Source of the DNA: a candidate division WOR-3 bacterium
GTDB lineage: Bacteria; Hydrothermota; Tepidihabitantia; Tepidihabitantales; Tepidihabitantaceae
Length of the DNA stretch: 64,000 bases
Direction: 5' to 3'
NCBI GenBank assembly: GCA_013177935.1
Contig: JABLXZ010000001.1
Location: 35,794-99,793 of the forward strand
Each line of letters starts with the position of its first letter. Within the stretch, counting starts at the first letter, position 1. A program made the position numbers and the translations under genes. This document shows, piece by piece, positions 53,929-63,860 of the stretch. The notes beneath the pieces were generated by a model, which worked only from the letters and a program-made list of their open reading frames with translations, was not told where the DNA came from and did no database searches.

Positions 53929-55494
53929 CTAATTGTTGCCCGGTGTGGGGTTGAATAGCTGGTAGAGGGTTGTGCCGGTTGCGGTGTCGTGCCATACGGG
54001 CTGGATAAACGGGCGCTGGTTTTCCAGCCAGATGAGGAGGTAGGGAAATTTGAGACGGTTAACCGATAACTTTTCTAACTGCTGTTGGGTGCGGTTGAAG
54101 GTGTTGACAAAGTAGATATTGCCGGCGGGAGAACGCTGTTTTAGGGAGTCAGTTGTGGTATAAAATCGGCTGGAGTCGCGTTTGGTTTCAAGGATGAGGT
54201 CGGGTATTGAGATAAGCCAGGTGTCGGGCAGAAAGGCGCTGAGGTAGTCAAATTCCGGTTCCCAGTTGCCGAAAACGGTTTTCGCTTTACCGGGCTCGTG
54301 TTCAAGAAGGACAAAATCAGCCAGTTTTTGCGCGGTTTGCCATTTAAGGTAAGGCTGGTGGTTTTTGATAAGGGCGTTGAGGTTAAACGGGATTAAGATA
54401 AGGGTGATGAGAAAAAGGGGCAGGCGCGAGTGCCGAACGGTGCCAAGAACAAGCGAGAAGCCGATAACCGCATAGAGCCAGATTTTCTGGTGGTACGGAT
54501 CCCAGAAAAGGGCGGTGACCAGACTGGTGATGAGCAGGGCGGTGCCAGGTTTGTTGCGGGCGGCAAGCAGGGTGAGGGTCAGAATTAGGATACCGGCAAT
54601 GATTAGTGTAATAAGTAAGAAGGGGTGCGGGTTTCGGGTGGCAAGCGCGGTTTTAATACCGGCGAAGTTGTCAGGAAGTACCGGGAACAGGCTTGATATA
54701 AAGCCGAGCGGGGTTGAGATGAGGTTGGACAGTTTGAATCCGCCAAATGTGCCCTGTTCGGGTAGAAAGAAAATTGCGGTCAGGATGTTTTGCAGGTTTT
54801 TGGCGCCGGCAGGGATAAGAACGGTGAGGTAGATAATAAGGGTTGTGATGGGTGGGGTGATAAGAAGGGAGAGCAGAATCCGGCGCGGGGTTTGCCGGAG
54901 CGATAATAAAATGAGAAAGGGTAAAACAAGCAGGGACAAGAGGTAAAAACCGGCGCTGATGCCGAGACAAAACGCGGCGCTAAGCGGTTTTCTTTTTTCC
55001 AAGAAGAGGAGCGAGAAGAGGAGCCACGGTGTTGCAGGAATTACTTCGGCGATGTTGGTGGCTTGTGCGGAAAATGCGAAGGAGAAGCCCAAGCCCAGGG
55101 TGGCGGTGATTACCGTGGGGAGCGGGTGGGATTGTGTTAAGAGGAGCAGGGCAAATAGAAAAAGGGTTAAAGCAGCACAAAGGGCGTTAGCGAGCTGCAG
55201 GGGTTTTACACCGTTGCCTTGATAGTTGAACAGCCGGAAGATGCGGTAGGCGGTATGAGCGTAAATGGGAAATAAAAAATGTTTCTGGACATTCTGGCGG
55301 AAGTAGTGGGGTTGCTGATAGGCGGTTTGCCAGTTAAGGGGAATGTACTGTGTTGTGCCTGAGGGGGTGATTGCCACCCGGTGCAAGGTGGAGAGGACGC
55401 GAAAGCCGTCGGTGTTGTAATGGGTGGAGGGCAAAAGTAAAAACAGGGTGAGAAATGTCAGGGCAAGGACAAGCGGGGTTAATAACTTCTTCAT
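53929..55494 (-). CDS. Large polytopic membrane protein (possible ArnT/PMT-like glycosyltransferase)
   Basis: 521 aa. About 12 TM helices followed by a ~130-aa soluble C-terminal domain. No diagnostic motif recognised. Confidence 0.4.
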   Translation of the reverse strand: MKKLLTPLVLALTFLTLFLLLPSTHYNTDGFRVLSTLHRVAITPSGTTQYIPLNWQTAYQQPHYFRQNVQKHFLFPIYAHTAYRIFRLFNYQGNGVKPLQLANALCAALTLFLFALLLLTQSHPLPTVITATLGLGFSFAFSAQATNIAEVIPATPWLLFSLLFLEKRKPLSAAFCLGISAGFYLLSLLVLPFLILLSLRQTPRRILLSLLITPPITTLIIYLTVLIPAGAKNLQNILTAIFFLPEQGTFGGFKLSNLISTPLGFISSLFPVLPDNFAGIKTALATRNPHPFLLITLIIAGILILTLTLLAARNKPGTALLITSLVTALFWDPYHQKIWLYAVIGFSLVLGTVRHSRLPLFLITLILIPFNLNALIKNHQPYLKWQTAQKLADFVLLEHEPGKAKTVFGNWEPEFDYLSAFLPDTWLISIPDLILETKRDSSRFYTTTDSLKQRSPAGNIYFVNTFNRTQQQLEKLSVNRLKFPYLLIWLENQRPFIQPVWHDTATGTTLYQLFNPTPGNN

Positions 55495-55675
55495 TAATTG
55501 AACTCCTGGAACGGGTTCAGAATAGAGAAGATATTGATTTCTGTCAAGTTGAAGTGCGGGGAGGCATTGAAGAGGATGTTTTAATTGACTCAGAACAATT
55601 TGGGTGTATAATCGGACTCGTGCATCGTAAATTGATAGTAAATTGTCTGAGAAGGTCTATTTTCCAGGAGGCACA

Positions 55676-56836
55676 ATGACAAATAAAGTAGCGATTATCG
55701 GCATCGGCGCAACCCAGTTTCGTTCCATCTCGCCTGATGTTTCTTATAAGGAACTGATGTATGAGGCGGCGGTAAAGGCTTATGAGGATGCGGGCATTGA
55801 CCCGAGGCGGGATGTGGACACCTTCGTGACCTGCGCCGAGGACTATATTGAAGGGACGAGCATCTTTGATGAGTATGTGCCGGACCAGCTTGGGGCAGCG
55901 TTAAAGCAGATGCATACGATTACAGGCGATGGCTTGCACGGCATTGCGGCGGCGTGGTTGCAGATAATGACGGGTAAATTTGATGTGGCGGTGGTGGAGG
56001 CGCATTCTAAGGCATCAAACATCCTGACACCGGATGGGGTTGAGGTTTGCGCCCAGGACCCAGTTTTCACCCGACCGTTGCAACTGAACAACCTTTTCAT
56101 CGCCGGATTGGAGATGAATCGGTTTCTCAAGCGGTTTGGATTGACAACTGAGCACTGCGCGGCGGTGGTGAAGAAGAATCGGTATAATGCGCTTGATAAT
56201 CCGATTGCCGGCAGAGCGGCAAAACTCGCGGACGAAGATTTCAGAACTGCACCGATGGTTGCCTTTCCCCTTACTGAACTGGACATTGCGCATCCGGTTG
56301 ATGGTGCGGTGGTCGTGGTATTGGCTTCGGAGCGGTGGTTGCAGAAGAAACAAGTTAACTGTTCAAAGCCGGTGTTTTTGACCGGTATGGGCTGGTGTAA
56401 CGGCTCTTACAATCTGGAGTCCCGCGATTGGGAAAGGCAGGATTTTGTTACCAGAGCAGCGGATATGGCTTATCGGTACGCCGGGATTAAGTGTCCGGCA
56501 GAGGAGATAGACTTCGCTGAGATTGACGACACTTACTCTTATAAGGAGTTGCAAAACCTCCTTGATTTGCGGCTTGTGGGTGATGCGGAGTTGAAACACT
56601 GGGTTGAGTCGGGTAGAACCGGATTAAAGGGCAGTTTGCCGGTAAACTCATCAGGCGGCGCCCTGGGAATGGGGTATCTTTACGAAGGAACAGGTCTTGC
56701 CCGGCTTTATTGGGCGGTGCAGGAGTTGCGCGGGGAAGCGGGTAAGAATCAACTGCCCAAATCCCGGACCGCGCTGGTGCAATCCTGGCGTGGTCTGCCC
56801 ACGGCAAGCGCCGCAGTGGCGATTTTAACTGTTTAA
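55676..56836 (+). CDS. SCP-x/thiolase-like protein 1 (canonical catalytic Cys and His apparently absent)
   Basis: GGAGG lies before ATG 55676. MTNKVAIIGIGATQF... has the thiolase N-terminal pattern. The expected nucleophile region reads HTITGDGLHGIAAAW, and the C-terminal NSSGGALGMGYLYEGTG replaces GHP.GATG. Confidence 0.7.
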   Translation: MTNKVAIIGIGATQFRSISPDVSYKELMYEAAVKAYEDAGIDPRRDVDTFVTCAEDYIEGTSIFDEYVPDQLGAALKQMHTITGDGLHGIAAAWLQIMTGKFDVAVVEAHSKASNILTPDGVEVCAQDPVFTRPLQLNNLFIAGLEMNRFLKRFGLTTEHCAAVVKKNRYNALDNPIAGRAAKLADEDFRTAPMVAFPLTELDIAHPVDGAVVVVLASERWLQKKQVNCSKPVFLTGMGWCNGSYNLESRDWERQDFVTRAADMAYRYAGIKCPAEEIDFAEIDDTYSYKELQNLLDLRLVGDAELKHWVESGRTGLKGSLPVNSSGGALGMGYLYEGTGLARLYWAVQELRGEAGKNQLPKSRTALVQSWRGLPTASAAVAILTV

Positions 56837-56845
56837 GGAGGAGTG

Positions 56846-58006
56846 ATGGGTAACAGAGTAGCAATCGTTGGTGCGGGAATGACAAAGTTTGTGCGCCGGG
56901 CGCAGGAGACCGGCCAGGAACTTGCCTTTTATGCAACAAAGGCGGCGCTGGACAGTTGCGGAATGAAACTTGACCAGATTGATGGTGTTGTACTGGGCAG
57001 CGCGCCGGACACATTTGACGGTGTGCATATGAAGGGTGAGTATCTGTCACCGGGCGCTGGTGCCTGGGGCAAGCCTTATATGCGCTGTTATGTGGGCGGC
57101 GGTACCGGGGTATTTTCAGTTGCTCATGGCTGGTATCATGTTGCATCAGGGGTGTTTGACACCTGTCTCGTGGTGTGTGAGGAGAAGATGTCTTCTTTTC
57201 AGCCGCATCCTCAGGGTGCATTCCTGACGATATTTGACCATACGACCGAACGGCCTTTAAAGCCCAATCTGCTCTGGATATTTGCGCTGGAGATGAATCG
57301 GTATATGAACACCTATGGTTTACGGAAAGAGGATATTGCCCGGGTTGCGGTCAAGAATAAAAATAACGCTATTGACCATCCGGCAGCGCAACTCGGTGGC
57401 AAAGTTACCCTGGACGATATTCTTAACTCCGAGGTTCTTGCCTGGCCCGTACAAAGGCTTGATGTCAGTCCGGTTTCTGATGGTGCGGTGGCATTGGTTC
57501 TGGCAAATGAGAGTATTGCGCGCCGGGTGACTGATAAACCGGTATGGATTGAAGGTGTGGGCTGGGCGCTTGATACCGCCTACTGGACAAATCGCGACCT
57601 GTGTTATCCCCGTTATGTGGAAGAAGCGGCAAGGATGGCGTATAAGATGGCGGGAATCACCGACCCGCGTCATCAGATTCATATCGCCGAACCCTATGAC
57701 CCGTTTGATTACAAAGAGCTGCACCATATGGAAGGACTTCTGCTGTGCGGAAGAGGAGAGGCACCGCAACTAACTCTGGACGGCGTGACACAGCGGGATG
57801 GTGAGTTGCCAGTTTGTCCTTCAGGTGGTTTGCTCGGGGTTGGTAACCCAATCGCTGCTGCCGGTTTGATGAAGGTCGCCGAACTCTTCTGGCAGTTGCG
57901 GGGCGAGGCAGGAAAGCGTCAGGTGGCGCGCAAGGCAAAGCGCGGTGTTGCCCAAGCCTGGGGCGATTTGATGCAGGTTGGTGCTGTTGTGGTGGTAGGA
58001 ATATAG
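56846..58006 (+). CDS. SCP-x/thiolase-like protein 2 (divergent active site)
   Basis: AAGGAGG lies before ATG 56846. MGNRVAIVGAGMTKF... The nucleophile region reads RCYVGGGTGVFSVAHG, and the C-terminal SGGLLGVGNPIAAAG has Asn in place of the GHP His. Confidence 0.7.
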   Translation: MGNRVAIVGAGMTKFVRRAQETGQELAFYATKAALDSCGMKLDQIDGVVLGSAPDTFDGVHMKGEYLSPGAGAWGKPYMRCYVGGGTGVFSVAHGWYHVASGVFDTCLVVCEEKMSSFQPHPQGAFLTIFDHTTERPLKPNLLWIFALEMNRYMNTYGLRKEDIARVAVKNKNNAIDHPAAQLGGKVTLDDILNSEVLAWPVQRLDVSPVSDGAVALVLANESIARRVTDKPVWIEGVGWALDTAYWTNRDLCYPRYVEEAARMAYKMAGITDPRHQIHIAEPYDPFDYKELHHMEGLLLCGRGEAPQLTLDGVTQRDGELPVCPSGGLLGVGNPIAAAGLMKVAELFWQLRGEAGKRQVARKAKRGVAQAWGDLMQVGAVVVVGI

Positions 58007-58014
58007 GAGGAGAG

Positions 58015-58614
58015 ATGGCACAGGTTAAAAAACTGAAAGTAAAGAAGCAAAACCGCCAGCCGAATATGCCCATACGCGGCAGTGGTGGAGGGTTAGCGGC
58101 AAGCGAGAAGCCGAAATTAGATGGTGGTTTTCCTGGTACGGGTTTAAGCGATGAAGATATTAAGGAAGGAAAAGTTCTTACCACAAGATGGAAGGCGGAT
58201 GCGAAATACGGCTGGGATGCCGGTGTGGCAATAAGCAGGTATCTTGCCGGATTGAAAGAGGGAAAGATTCTGGGCGTGCGGTGCCACAAATGTGGCAGGA
58301 CGATGGTGCCCCCGCGGATTTTCTGCGAATGGTGTTTCCGCAATATCGATGAATGGGTGGAACTGAAAGATACGGGCACGGTTAACACCTTTTCGCTGTG
58401 TTATGTAACCTGGGATGTGAAGAGGATAAAAGAACCCCAGATTCCAGCGGTGATTGAGATTGACGGCGCTTCCAAGGGGATGGGAATAATGCACCTTTTA
58501 GGTGAGGTTGACCCGAAAAAGGTTTACATCGGTATGAGGGTGAAGGCGGTCTGGAAAGAGCCGGCAGAGCGAGAAGGTGCAATCACCGATATCCGCTACT
58601 GGAAGCCACTGTAA
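58015..58614 (+). CDS. DUF35 (Zn-ribbon + OB-fold) protein A, with a ~60-aa basic/Gly-rich N-terminal extension
   Basis: 199 aa. CHKCGRTMVPPRIFCEWC rubredoxin-like ribbon followed by an OB-fold (..VIEIDGA...MHLLGEVDP..V.IGMRVKAVW). Confidence 0.8.
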   Translation: MAQVKKLKVKKQNRQPNMPIRGSGGGLAASEKPKLDGGFPGTGLSDEDIKEGKVLTTRWKADAKYGWDAGVAISRYLAGLKEGKILGVRCHKCGRTMVPPRIFCEWCFRNIDEWVELKDTGTVNTFSLCYVTWDVKRIKEPQIPAVIEIDGASKGMGIMHLLGEVDPKKVYIGMRVKAVWKEPAEREGAITDIRYWKPL

Positions 58615-58627
58615 GGGGAGGAGTAAG

Positions 58628-59104
58628 ATGGCACTGAAACAAAGAAATGAACAGGTTAGCCAGACCAAGGTCTGGTTCGGTGAGTTGCCGGTAGAAAGCC
58701 TCTATACCGTGGGGATTGCTGGCGAGCGCTTTTACCGGACGCTCCAGGAAAAGGGGCAGTTAACCGGCACAAAGTGTGAGCGGTGTGGCATAGTGTTCGT
58801 TCCGGGAAGGATTTTCTGTGAGCGGTGTCTGGAAAGGCTTGACAACTGGGTAACGGTTGGTCCGACTGGCACGCTGGAGTCCTGGACAGTGGTTTATGTT
58901 GGGCTTGATGGTAAGAGGCTAAAACAGCCGGTACTGGTCGGACTGATTAAACTTGATGGTGCTTCAACCTGTCTTGTGCATTATCTGGGTAATGTGAAGC
59001 CGGAAGAGATTTGTTTCGGGATGAGAGTTGCCCCGGTGTTGAAACCGAAGGCAAAACGAGAGGGTGCGATAACCGATATCCTCTACTTTCAACCTGCCCC
59101 ATAG
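58628..59104 (+). CDS. DUF35 (Zn-ribbon + OB-fold) protein B
   Basis: GGGGAGGAG lies before ATG 58628. CERCGIVFVPGRIFCERC followed by an OB-fold (LIKLDGA..LVHYLGNVKPEEICFGMRVAPV). Confidence 0.8.
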   Translation: MALKQRNEQVSQTKVWFGELPVESLYTVGIAGERFYRTLQEKGQLTGTKCERCGIVFVPGRIFCERCLERLDNWVTVGPTGTLESWTVVYVGLDGKRLKQPVLVGLIKLDGASTCLVHYLGNVKPEEICFGMRVAPVLKPKAKREGAITDILYFQPAP

Positions 59105-59292
59105 CGCAGATATAGCGCAAGGTCGAATAACCGGGCAGGCACTATAGTATAGTAAGAGAACCGCGGTTGCTTTGTGTAGCCCCTGGTGTAAGTTTGTAAT
59201 TGGAGTTTACGGCTGGCAGGCAACTGAAAAGAGGGAGGGTTGTAACAAAAAGGCTGAAATAACAGGGGGTAGGAAAATCTTTAACGAATTAG

Positions 59293-59320
59293 TTGACAAG
59301 CGGTTTTTAATTAGTATATT
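59293..59320 (+). promoter_or_regulatory. Sigma70-like promoter of the S10 operon
   Basis: TTGACA (59293-59298), 16 nt, TATATT (59315-59320). About 115 nt of leader before ATG 59442. Confidence 0.6.
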
Positions 59321-59441
59321 TGCTAATTAGTGCGATAAGAAATCGGGTCAAAGTGCCATAAGGCACAGTTAAGTTAGTAAAGACCCCGGTAAAGTAAAGG
59401 TCGGAAAGCAGAAAAGGAAAGAAGTGTAGTTTTTATTTAAA

Positions 59442-59765
59442 ATGAGCGTATTAAGAAGTTCGAAAAAGATAAGGATAAAGTTAAAAGCCTATGACCACCG
59501 GCTGCTTGACCAGTCGGCGCGAGACATTGTGGATGTGGCGAAGCGGACCGGTGCGCAGGTGGCAGGTCCGATTCCGTTGCCAACCAAGCGCACGCTTTTT
59601 ACGGTGCTGCGTTCGCCCCATGTTGACAAAAAGTCACGGGAGCAGTTTGAGTTGCGGGTGCATAAGAGGTTGATTGAGATTTCTAATGCCACGGCCGATA
59701 TGGTGGACGCGCTGATGAAACTTGAAGTGCCAGCCGGGGTAGAAGTGGAGATTAAGTCGGCATGA
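59442..59765 (+). CDS. rpsJ: 30S ribosomal protein S10
   Basis: [17 protein letters not shown]...[14 protein letters not shown]. Confidence 0.95.
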   Translation: MSVLRSSKKIRIKLKAYDHRLLDQSARDIVDVAKRTGAQVAGPIPLPTKRTLFTVLRSPHVDKKSREQFELRVHKRLIEISNATADMVDALMKLEVPAGVEVEIKSA

Positions 59766-60382
59766 TTGGGTTGGTTGGCATAAAGGGTGAGATGACCCAG
59801 ATTTATGATGATGCGGGTAAAGTGGTACCGGTGACTGAGATTAAGGTGGGAAAATGTGTGGTTGTTGGTTTACGGACCCGGGAGAAGCATGGCTATTTTG
59901 CGGTTCAGATTGGCCAGGGTGAACCGAGTAAGCGCCAGTTGACCAAGCCTTATGAGGGGCAGTTTAAAAAGGCGGGCGTGCCGGTGCTGGGCAAAGTGTG
60001 CGAATTTCGGGTTGATAGTGTGGAGGGTTATCAGATCGGGCAGGAGTTGAAGGTGGACATTTTCCAGCCGGGTGAGTTTGTAAATGTTACCGGCTGGACA
60101 AAAGGTCGCGGATTTGCCGGAGGAATGAAGCGCTGGGGCTGGCATGGTGGTCCTGCTTCACACGGGTCGATGTCACACCGGCGTATTGGTTCACTGGGCG
60201 CTGGTTCTTCACCGGGAAGGGCATTGCCCGGTCGCACTTTACCGGGACATTACGGTTGTGAGCGCGTGACAATCAAGAACCTTAAAGTGGTTAAGGTTGA
60301 CCCGGAACAGGGTGTGATTTATGTGCGCGGTGCGGTTCCGGGTTATCGCGGTGCCCGGGTTTTAATCCGGAAGGGGGCGTGA
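59762..60382 (+). CDS. rplC: 50S ribosomal protein L3
   Basis: [16 protein letters not shown]...[14 protein letters not shown]. Confidence 0.95.
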   Translation: MIGLVGIKGEMTQIYDDAGKVVPVTEIKVGKCVVVGLRTREKHGYFAVQIGQGEPSKRQLTKPYEGQFKKAGVPVLGKVCEFRVDSVEGYQIGQELKVDIFQPGEFVNVTGWTKGRGFAGGMKRWGWHGGPASHGSMSHRRIGSLGAGSSPGRALPGRTLPGHYGCERVTIKNLKVVKVDPEQGVIYVRGAVPGYRGARVLIRKGA

Positions 60383-60383
60383 G

Positions 60384-61016
60384 GTGGAGGTATTGACCAT
60401 TTCCGGTGAGGTGAAGCGGCAGGTGGAGTTGCCTTCGGAATGGTTTAACCGTTCTGGTCCCAAGAGTTTGCTCTGGGATGCGGTGCGCTGTTATCTCGCA
60501 AATCAGCGTCAGGGAACCGCGAAAACCAAGACGCGCGGTGAAGTCTCGGGTACCGGTAAAAAGCCCTGGCCCCAGAAGCACACCGGACGGGCACGACACG
60601 GTTCAAGGCGTTCGCCCATCTGGCGCGGCGGTGGTATCGCCTGGGGTCCCAAGCCAAGAGATTACAGTTATGAGTTGCCAAAAAAGGTACGGCGTCAGGC
60701 GCTGGCACTGGCGCTGACATCACGGGCAAAGGAAAATGGTATTAAGATTGTTGAAGATTTTGAGCTTAATGAGCCGAAGACCAGAGAGTTGGTGAATATA
60801 GTTGAGAAGATAGCCTCACCATTGGCAAAGGGTGATAAGGTGCTTTTGCTTGTGGAGCGGGCTTCAGAAAATTTAGTGCGAGCGAGTCAAAATGTCTCCT
60901 GGTTAGATGTTATGCCCGCGGCGCAGTTGAACTCCTATCAGGTGTTGACACATCAGAAGTTGATTTTCACCGAGAAGGGGCTTGAGAGTTTTCTTACGGC
61001 GATGGGGGTTAAATGA
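60384..61016 (+). CDS. rplD: 50S ribosomal protein L4
   Basis: GTG start. ..GTAKTKTRGEVSGTGKKPWPQKHTGRARHGS.RSPIWRGGG. Confidence 0.95.
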   Translation: MEVLTISGEVKRQVELPSEWFNRSGPKSLLWDAVRCYLANQRQGTAKTKTRGEVSGTGKKPWPQKHTGRARHGSRRSPIWRGGGIAWGPKPRDYSYELPKKVRRQALALALTSRAKENGIKIVEDFELNEPKTRELVNIVEKIASPLAKGDKVLLLVERASENLVRASQNVSWLDVMPAAQLNSYQVLTHQKLIFTEKGLESFLTAMGVK

Positions 61017-61303
61017 TGATTGACCCGACTAAGATTATTTTAGGGGTAGTTGTTACCGAAAAGTCGGAACGGGTAAAAGGTGCGGAGGGGAGTTATACCC
61101 TGCGTGTGAACCGCGATGCTAATAAACATCAGATTCGTCAGGCGGTCGAGCAGATGTTTAAGGTTCATGTGACCGATGTGCGGGTGATGAATTTTAAAGG
61201 GAAGAAGCGACGGATGGGGATGTTTCAAGGATATCGGCCCGACTGGAAGAAAGCGGTAGTAAAGTTAAAAGAAGGCGAAAGAATTGAGGCTCTGGAGCAT
61301 TAA
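61013..61303 (+). CDS. rplW: 50S ribosomal protein L23
   Basis: 96 aa. ..VVTEKS.......[26 protein letters not shown]. Confidence 0.93.
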   Translation: MMIDPTKIILGVVVTEKSERVKGAEGSYTLRVNRDANKHQIRQAVEQMFKVHVTDVRVMNFKGKKRRMGMFQGYRPDWKKAVVKLKEGERIEALEH

Positions 61304-61305
61304 TT

Positions 61306-62130
61306 ATGGGTATTAAGCAGTATCGACCGATTACACCCGGTAGAAGGCATTACACCGTTTCCGATTTCAGTGAGATTACCCGGGAGGAGCCGTATAAGCC
61401 TTTGACGGTTCCATTGCGTAAGACCGGCGGGAGGAACAATCAGGGCAGAATTACCGCCAAGTATCGCGGTGGTGGCGAAAAACGGCACTACCGGATAATT
61501 GACTTTTTAAGAGATAAGGTGGGCATTCCCGCCAAGGTGGTTTCGATTGAATACGACCCGAACCGTTCAGCCCGGATTGCGCTGGTTTGTTACGCCGATG
61601 GTGAGTATCGCTATATTCTTTGCCCTGAAGGGTTGAAGGTGGGCGACCAGGTTGCTTCGGGTAACAACCTGCCGATAAGGTTTGGCAATGCGATGCCGTT
61701 GTCAGACATACCGGTCGGAGTCGAAATTCACAATCTTCAACTTTATCCGTCAAGCCGGTCGTTTTTGGTACGTTCGGCTGGAACCGCGGCTCAGATTCTT
61801 GCCAAAGAGGAAGGCTGGGCGGTGGTGAAGTTGCCATCGGGTGAGATTCGTAAGTTCGATTTACGGTGCTGGGCGACGATTGGCCGGGTGTCAAATGCCG
61901 AGCATAAAGACATTTCAATCGGCAAGGCGGGCCGGAGCCGTCATATGGGTCGCAGACCAAGGACAAGGGCGGTGGCGATGAATCCGGTTGACCATCCGAT
62001 GGGTGGCGGCGAAGGCAAAAGTTCTGGTGGCAGACATCCCTGTTCGGAGAAGGGGATGATTGCCAAAGGTTATAAGACCCGCAATCCGAAGAAGAAGTCG
62101 AGCAAACTTATCATTCGCAGGAGGGCATAA
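61306..62130 (+). CDS. rplB: 50S ribosomal protein L2
   Basis: [15 protein letters not shown]...[22 protein letters not shown]...[16 protein letters not shown]. Confidence 0.96.
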   Translation: MGIKQYRPITPGRRHYTVSDFSEITREEPYKPLTVPLRKTGGRNNQGRITAKYRGGGEKRHYRIIDFLRDKVGIPAKVVSIEYDPNRSARIALVCYADGEYRYILCPEGLKVGDQVASGNNLPIRFGNAMPLSDIPVGVEIHNLQLYPSSRSFLVRSAGTAAQILAKEEGWAVVKLPSGEIRKFDLRCWATIGRVSNAEHKDISIGKAGRSRHMGRRPRTRAVAMNPVDHPMGGGEGKSSGGRHPCSEKGMIAKGYKTRNPKKKSSKLIIRRRA

Positions 62131-62131
62131 G

Positions 62132-62428
62132 ATGGGGCGTTCGCTGAAGAAGGGTCCTTATATCGATGAGAAGTTGTTCCGGCGGATAAAGGAGCTGGTG
62201 GAGAAGGGTGAGCGGCGAGTGATAAAAACATATGCCCGGCGCAGTATTATCCCCCCTGAGTTTGTTGGTCAGACGATTGCGATTCACAACGGCAACAGAT
62301 TTATACCGGTTTATATCACCGAACGGATGGTCGGACACCGATTAGGTGAGTTCGCACCGACCCGTACTTTCCGGGCACATTCTGGGCAGCGTAAGGAAAA
62401 GTCGGTTGAGGAGAAACGGGAGCATTAA
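62132..62428 (+). CDS. rpsS: 30S ribosomal protein S19
   Basis: GGAGGG lies before ATG 62132. [15 protein letters not shown]...[29 protein letters not shown]. Confidence 0.95.
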   Translation: MGRSLKKGPYIDEKLFRRIKELVEKGERRVIKTYARRSIIPPEFVGQTIAIHNGNRFIPVYITERMVGHRLGEFAPTRTFRAHSGQRKEKSVEEKREH

Positions 62429-62431
62429 GCG

Positions 62432-62788
62432 ATGGAGGCATTTGCGCGCAGTAGGTTTCAGCGTGGTTCAGCAAGAAAGATGAATCGGATTGCAGAGTTA
62501 ATCCGGAATAAGGATGTACCGACCGCTTTGGCAACGCTCACATTTTTAGCCAAGCCTTCCAAACAGGCGCTTTTGAAGACTCTGCGTTCTGCGGTTGCCA
62601 ATGCAATCAATAAGGCGGGTAAGGCACGGTTGCAGGAGAAGGATTTGTTTGTGAAAGAGGTAAGAGTAGACCCGGGTCCCAATGTGATGAAACGACTGAT
62701 GCCCGGTCCCAGAGGCACCGCTTCGGTTTTTGTGCGCCGGATGTGCCATATTTATGTGAAGGTGGCAACAAAGGAGGAAAAGTCTTAG
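62432..62788 (+). CDS. rplV: 50S ribosomal protein L22
   Basis: 118 aa. ..[20 protein letters not shown].....K.L.SA.ANA. Confidence 0.93.
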   Translation: MEAFARSRFQRGSARKMNRIAELIRNKDVPTALATLTFLAKPSKQALLKTLRSAVANAINKAGKARLQEKDLFVKEVRVDPGPNVMKRLMPGPRGTASVFVRRMCHIYVKVATKEEKS

Positions 62789-62789
62789 T

Positions 62790-63428
62790 ATGGGTCAGAA
62801 GACACACCCACTGGGTTTTCGACTTGGGATAACGAAAGACTGGAAGTCGGCATGGTTTGAGAAGAAACGATACCGCGACTTTTTGCTGGAGGATTATAAA
62901 ATTCGGCGGTACATTGAGGCGAAGTTGGCTGAGGCGATGGTTTCCAACATTGAAATTAGACGGGTCGCGGACCGAACAACGATTACAATTCATACCGCGC
63001 GGCCCGGAATGGTTTTTGGTGCGAAGCGACAGGCACTGGAGGCGCTCCGCGAGGAGATTAAGCGACTGGTGGGTAGGGATGTCCATATTCTTGTTGAGGT
63101 GGTTCGGGTTCCGGAGCTGGAGGCGAAACTTGTTGCCCAGAATATTGCACGCCAGCTTGAAGAACGGGTTGCCCATCGCCGGGCGATGAAACGAGCGGTA
63201 ACCCAGGCGATGCGACTCGGGGCATTGGGCATTAAGGTGATGGTGGGAGGAAGGTTAGGTGGTGCGGAGATTGCTCGCAGTGAGTGGTACCGGGAAGGGC
63301 GGGTGCCGTTACAGACATTGAATGCCGATGTTGACTATTCGGTGGATGTTGCCAAAACGATTGCCGGAACCTGCGGCGTGAAGGTCTGGATTTATAAAGG
63401 TGATATTCAGCCCAGAGCAGGGAGTTAA
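62790..63428 (+). CDS. rpsC: 30S ribosomal protein S3
   Basis: [21 protein letters not shown]...[24 protein letters not shown]. Confidence 0.96.
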   Translation: MGQKTHPLGFRLGITKDWKSAWFEKKRYRDFLLEDYKIRRYIEAKLAEAMVSNIEIRRVADRTTITIHTARPGMVFGAKRQALEALREEIKRLVGRDVHILVEVVRVPELEAKLVAQNIARQLEERVAHRRAMKRAVTQAMRLGALGIKVMVGGRLGGAEIARSEWYREGRVPLQTLNADVDYSVDVAKTIAGTCGVKVWIYKGDIQPRAGS

Positions 63429-63431
63429 ACT

Positions 63432-63860
63432 ATGTTGATGCCAAAACGGGTTAAGTATCGGAAAGCGATGCGCGGTCGGATGAAGGGTAAGGCGACAAGT
63501 GCCAATCGGATAGATTTTGGCGAGTACGGGCTTATTGCGCTGGAACCGTCGTGGATAACCGCCCGTCAGATTGAAGCGGCACGATTGTGTCTGACGAAGT
63601 TTCTCAAGCGAGCCGGAAAGATGTGGATTAGGATATTCCCTGACAAACCGGTTACTAAAAAGCCGGCGGAGTCAAGAATGGGTAAAGGAAAAGGAACGCC
63701 CGAAGAGTGGGTTTGTGTTGTAAAACCGGGGCGGGTTCTCTTTGAATTAGGCGGCCTCCCAAAGGCAGAGGCACTGGAGGCTTTGAAACTGGCGGCGAGT
63801 AAGATGCCCTGCCGGACGAAATTGGTTGAGCGTGAGGAGTTTAGTTATGAAGGCTTCTGA
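63432..63860 (+). CDS. rplP: 50S ribosomal protein L16
   Basis: [18 protein letters not shown]......FGEYGL.ALE...IT.RQIEAAR. Confidence 0.96.
   Translation: MLMPKRVKYRKAMRGRMKGKATSANRIDFGEYGLIALEPSWITARQIEAARLCLTKFLKRAGKMWIRIFPDKPVTKKPAESRMGKGKGTPEEWVCVVKPGRVLFELGGLPKAEALEALKLAASKMPCRTKLVEREEFSYEGF

Noticed and set aside
56487-57221. Long antisense or alternate-frame ORFs lie inside real genes. Examples are 56487-57221, 57657-58388, 43131-43853, 50592-51371, 28709-29284, 62607-63176, 44386-44922 and 16-213.
   Set aside because: Each lies fully within a gene that has clear family motifs. They have Pro/Arg/Ser-rich low-complexity translations and no SD. These are typical shadow ORFs.
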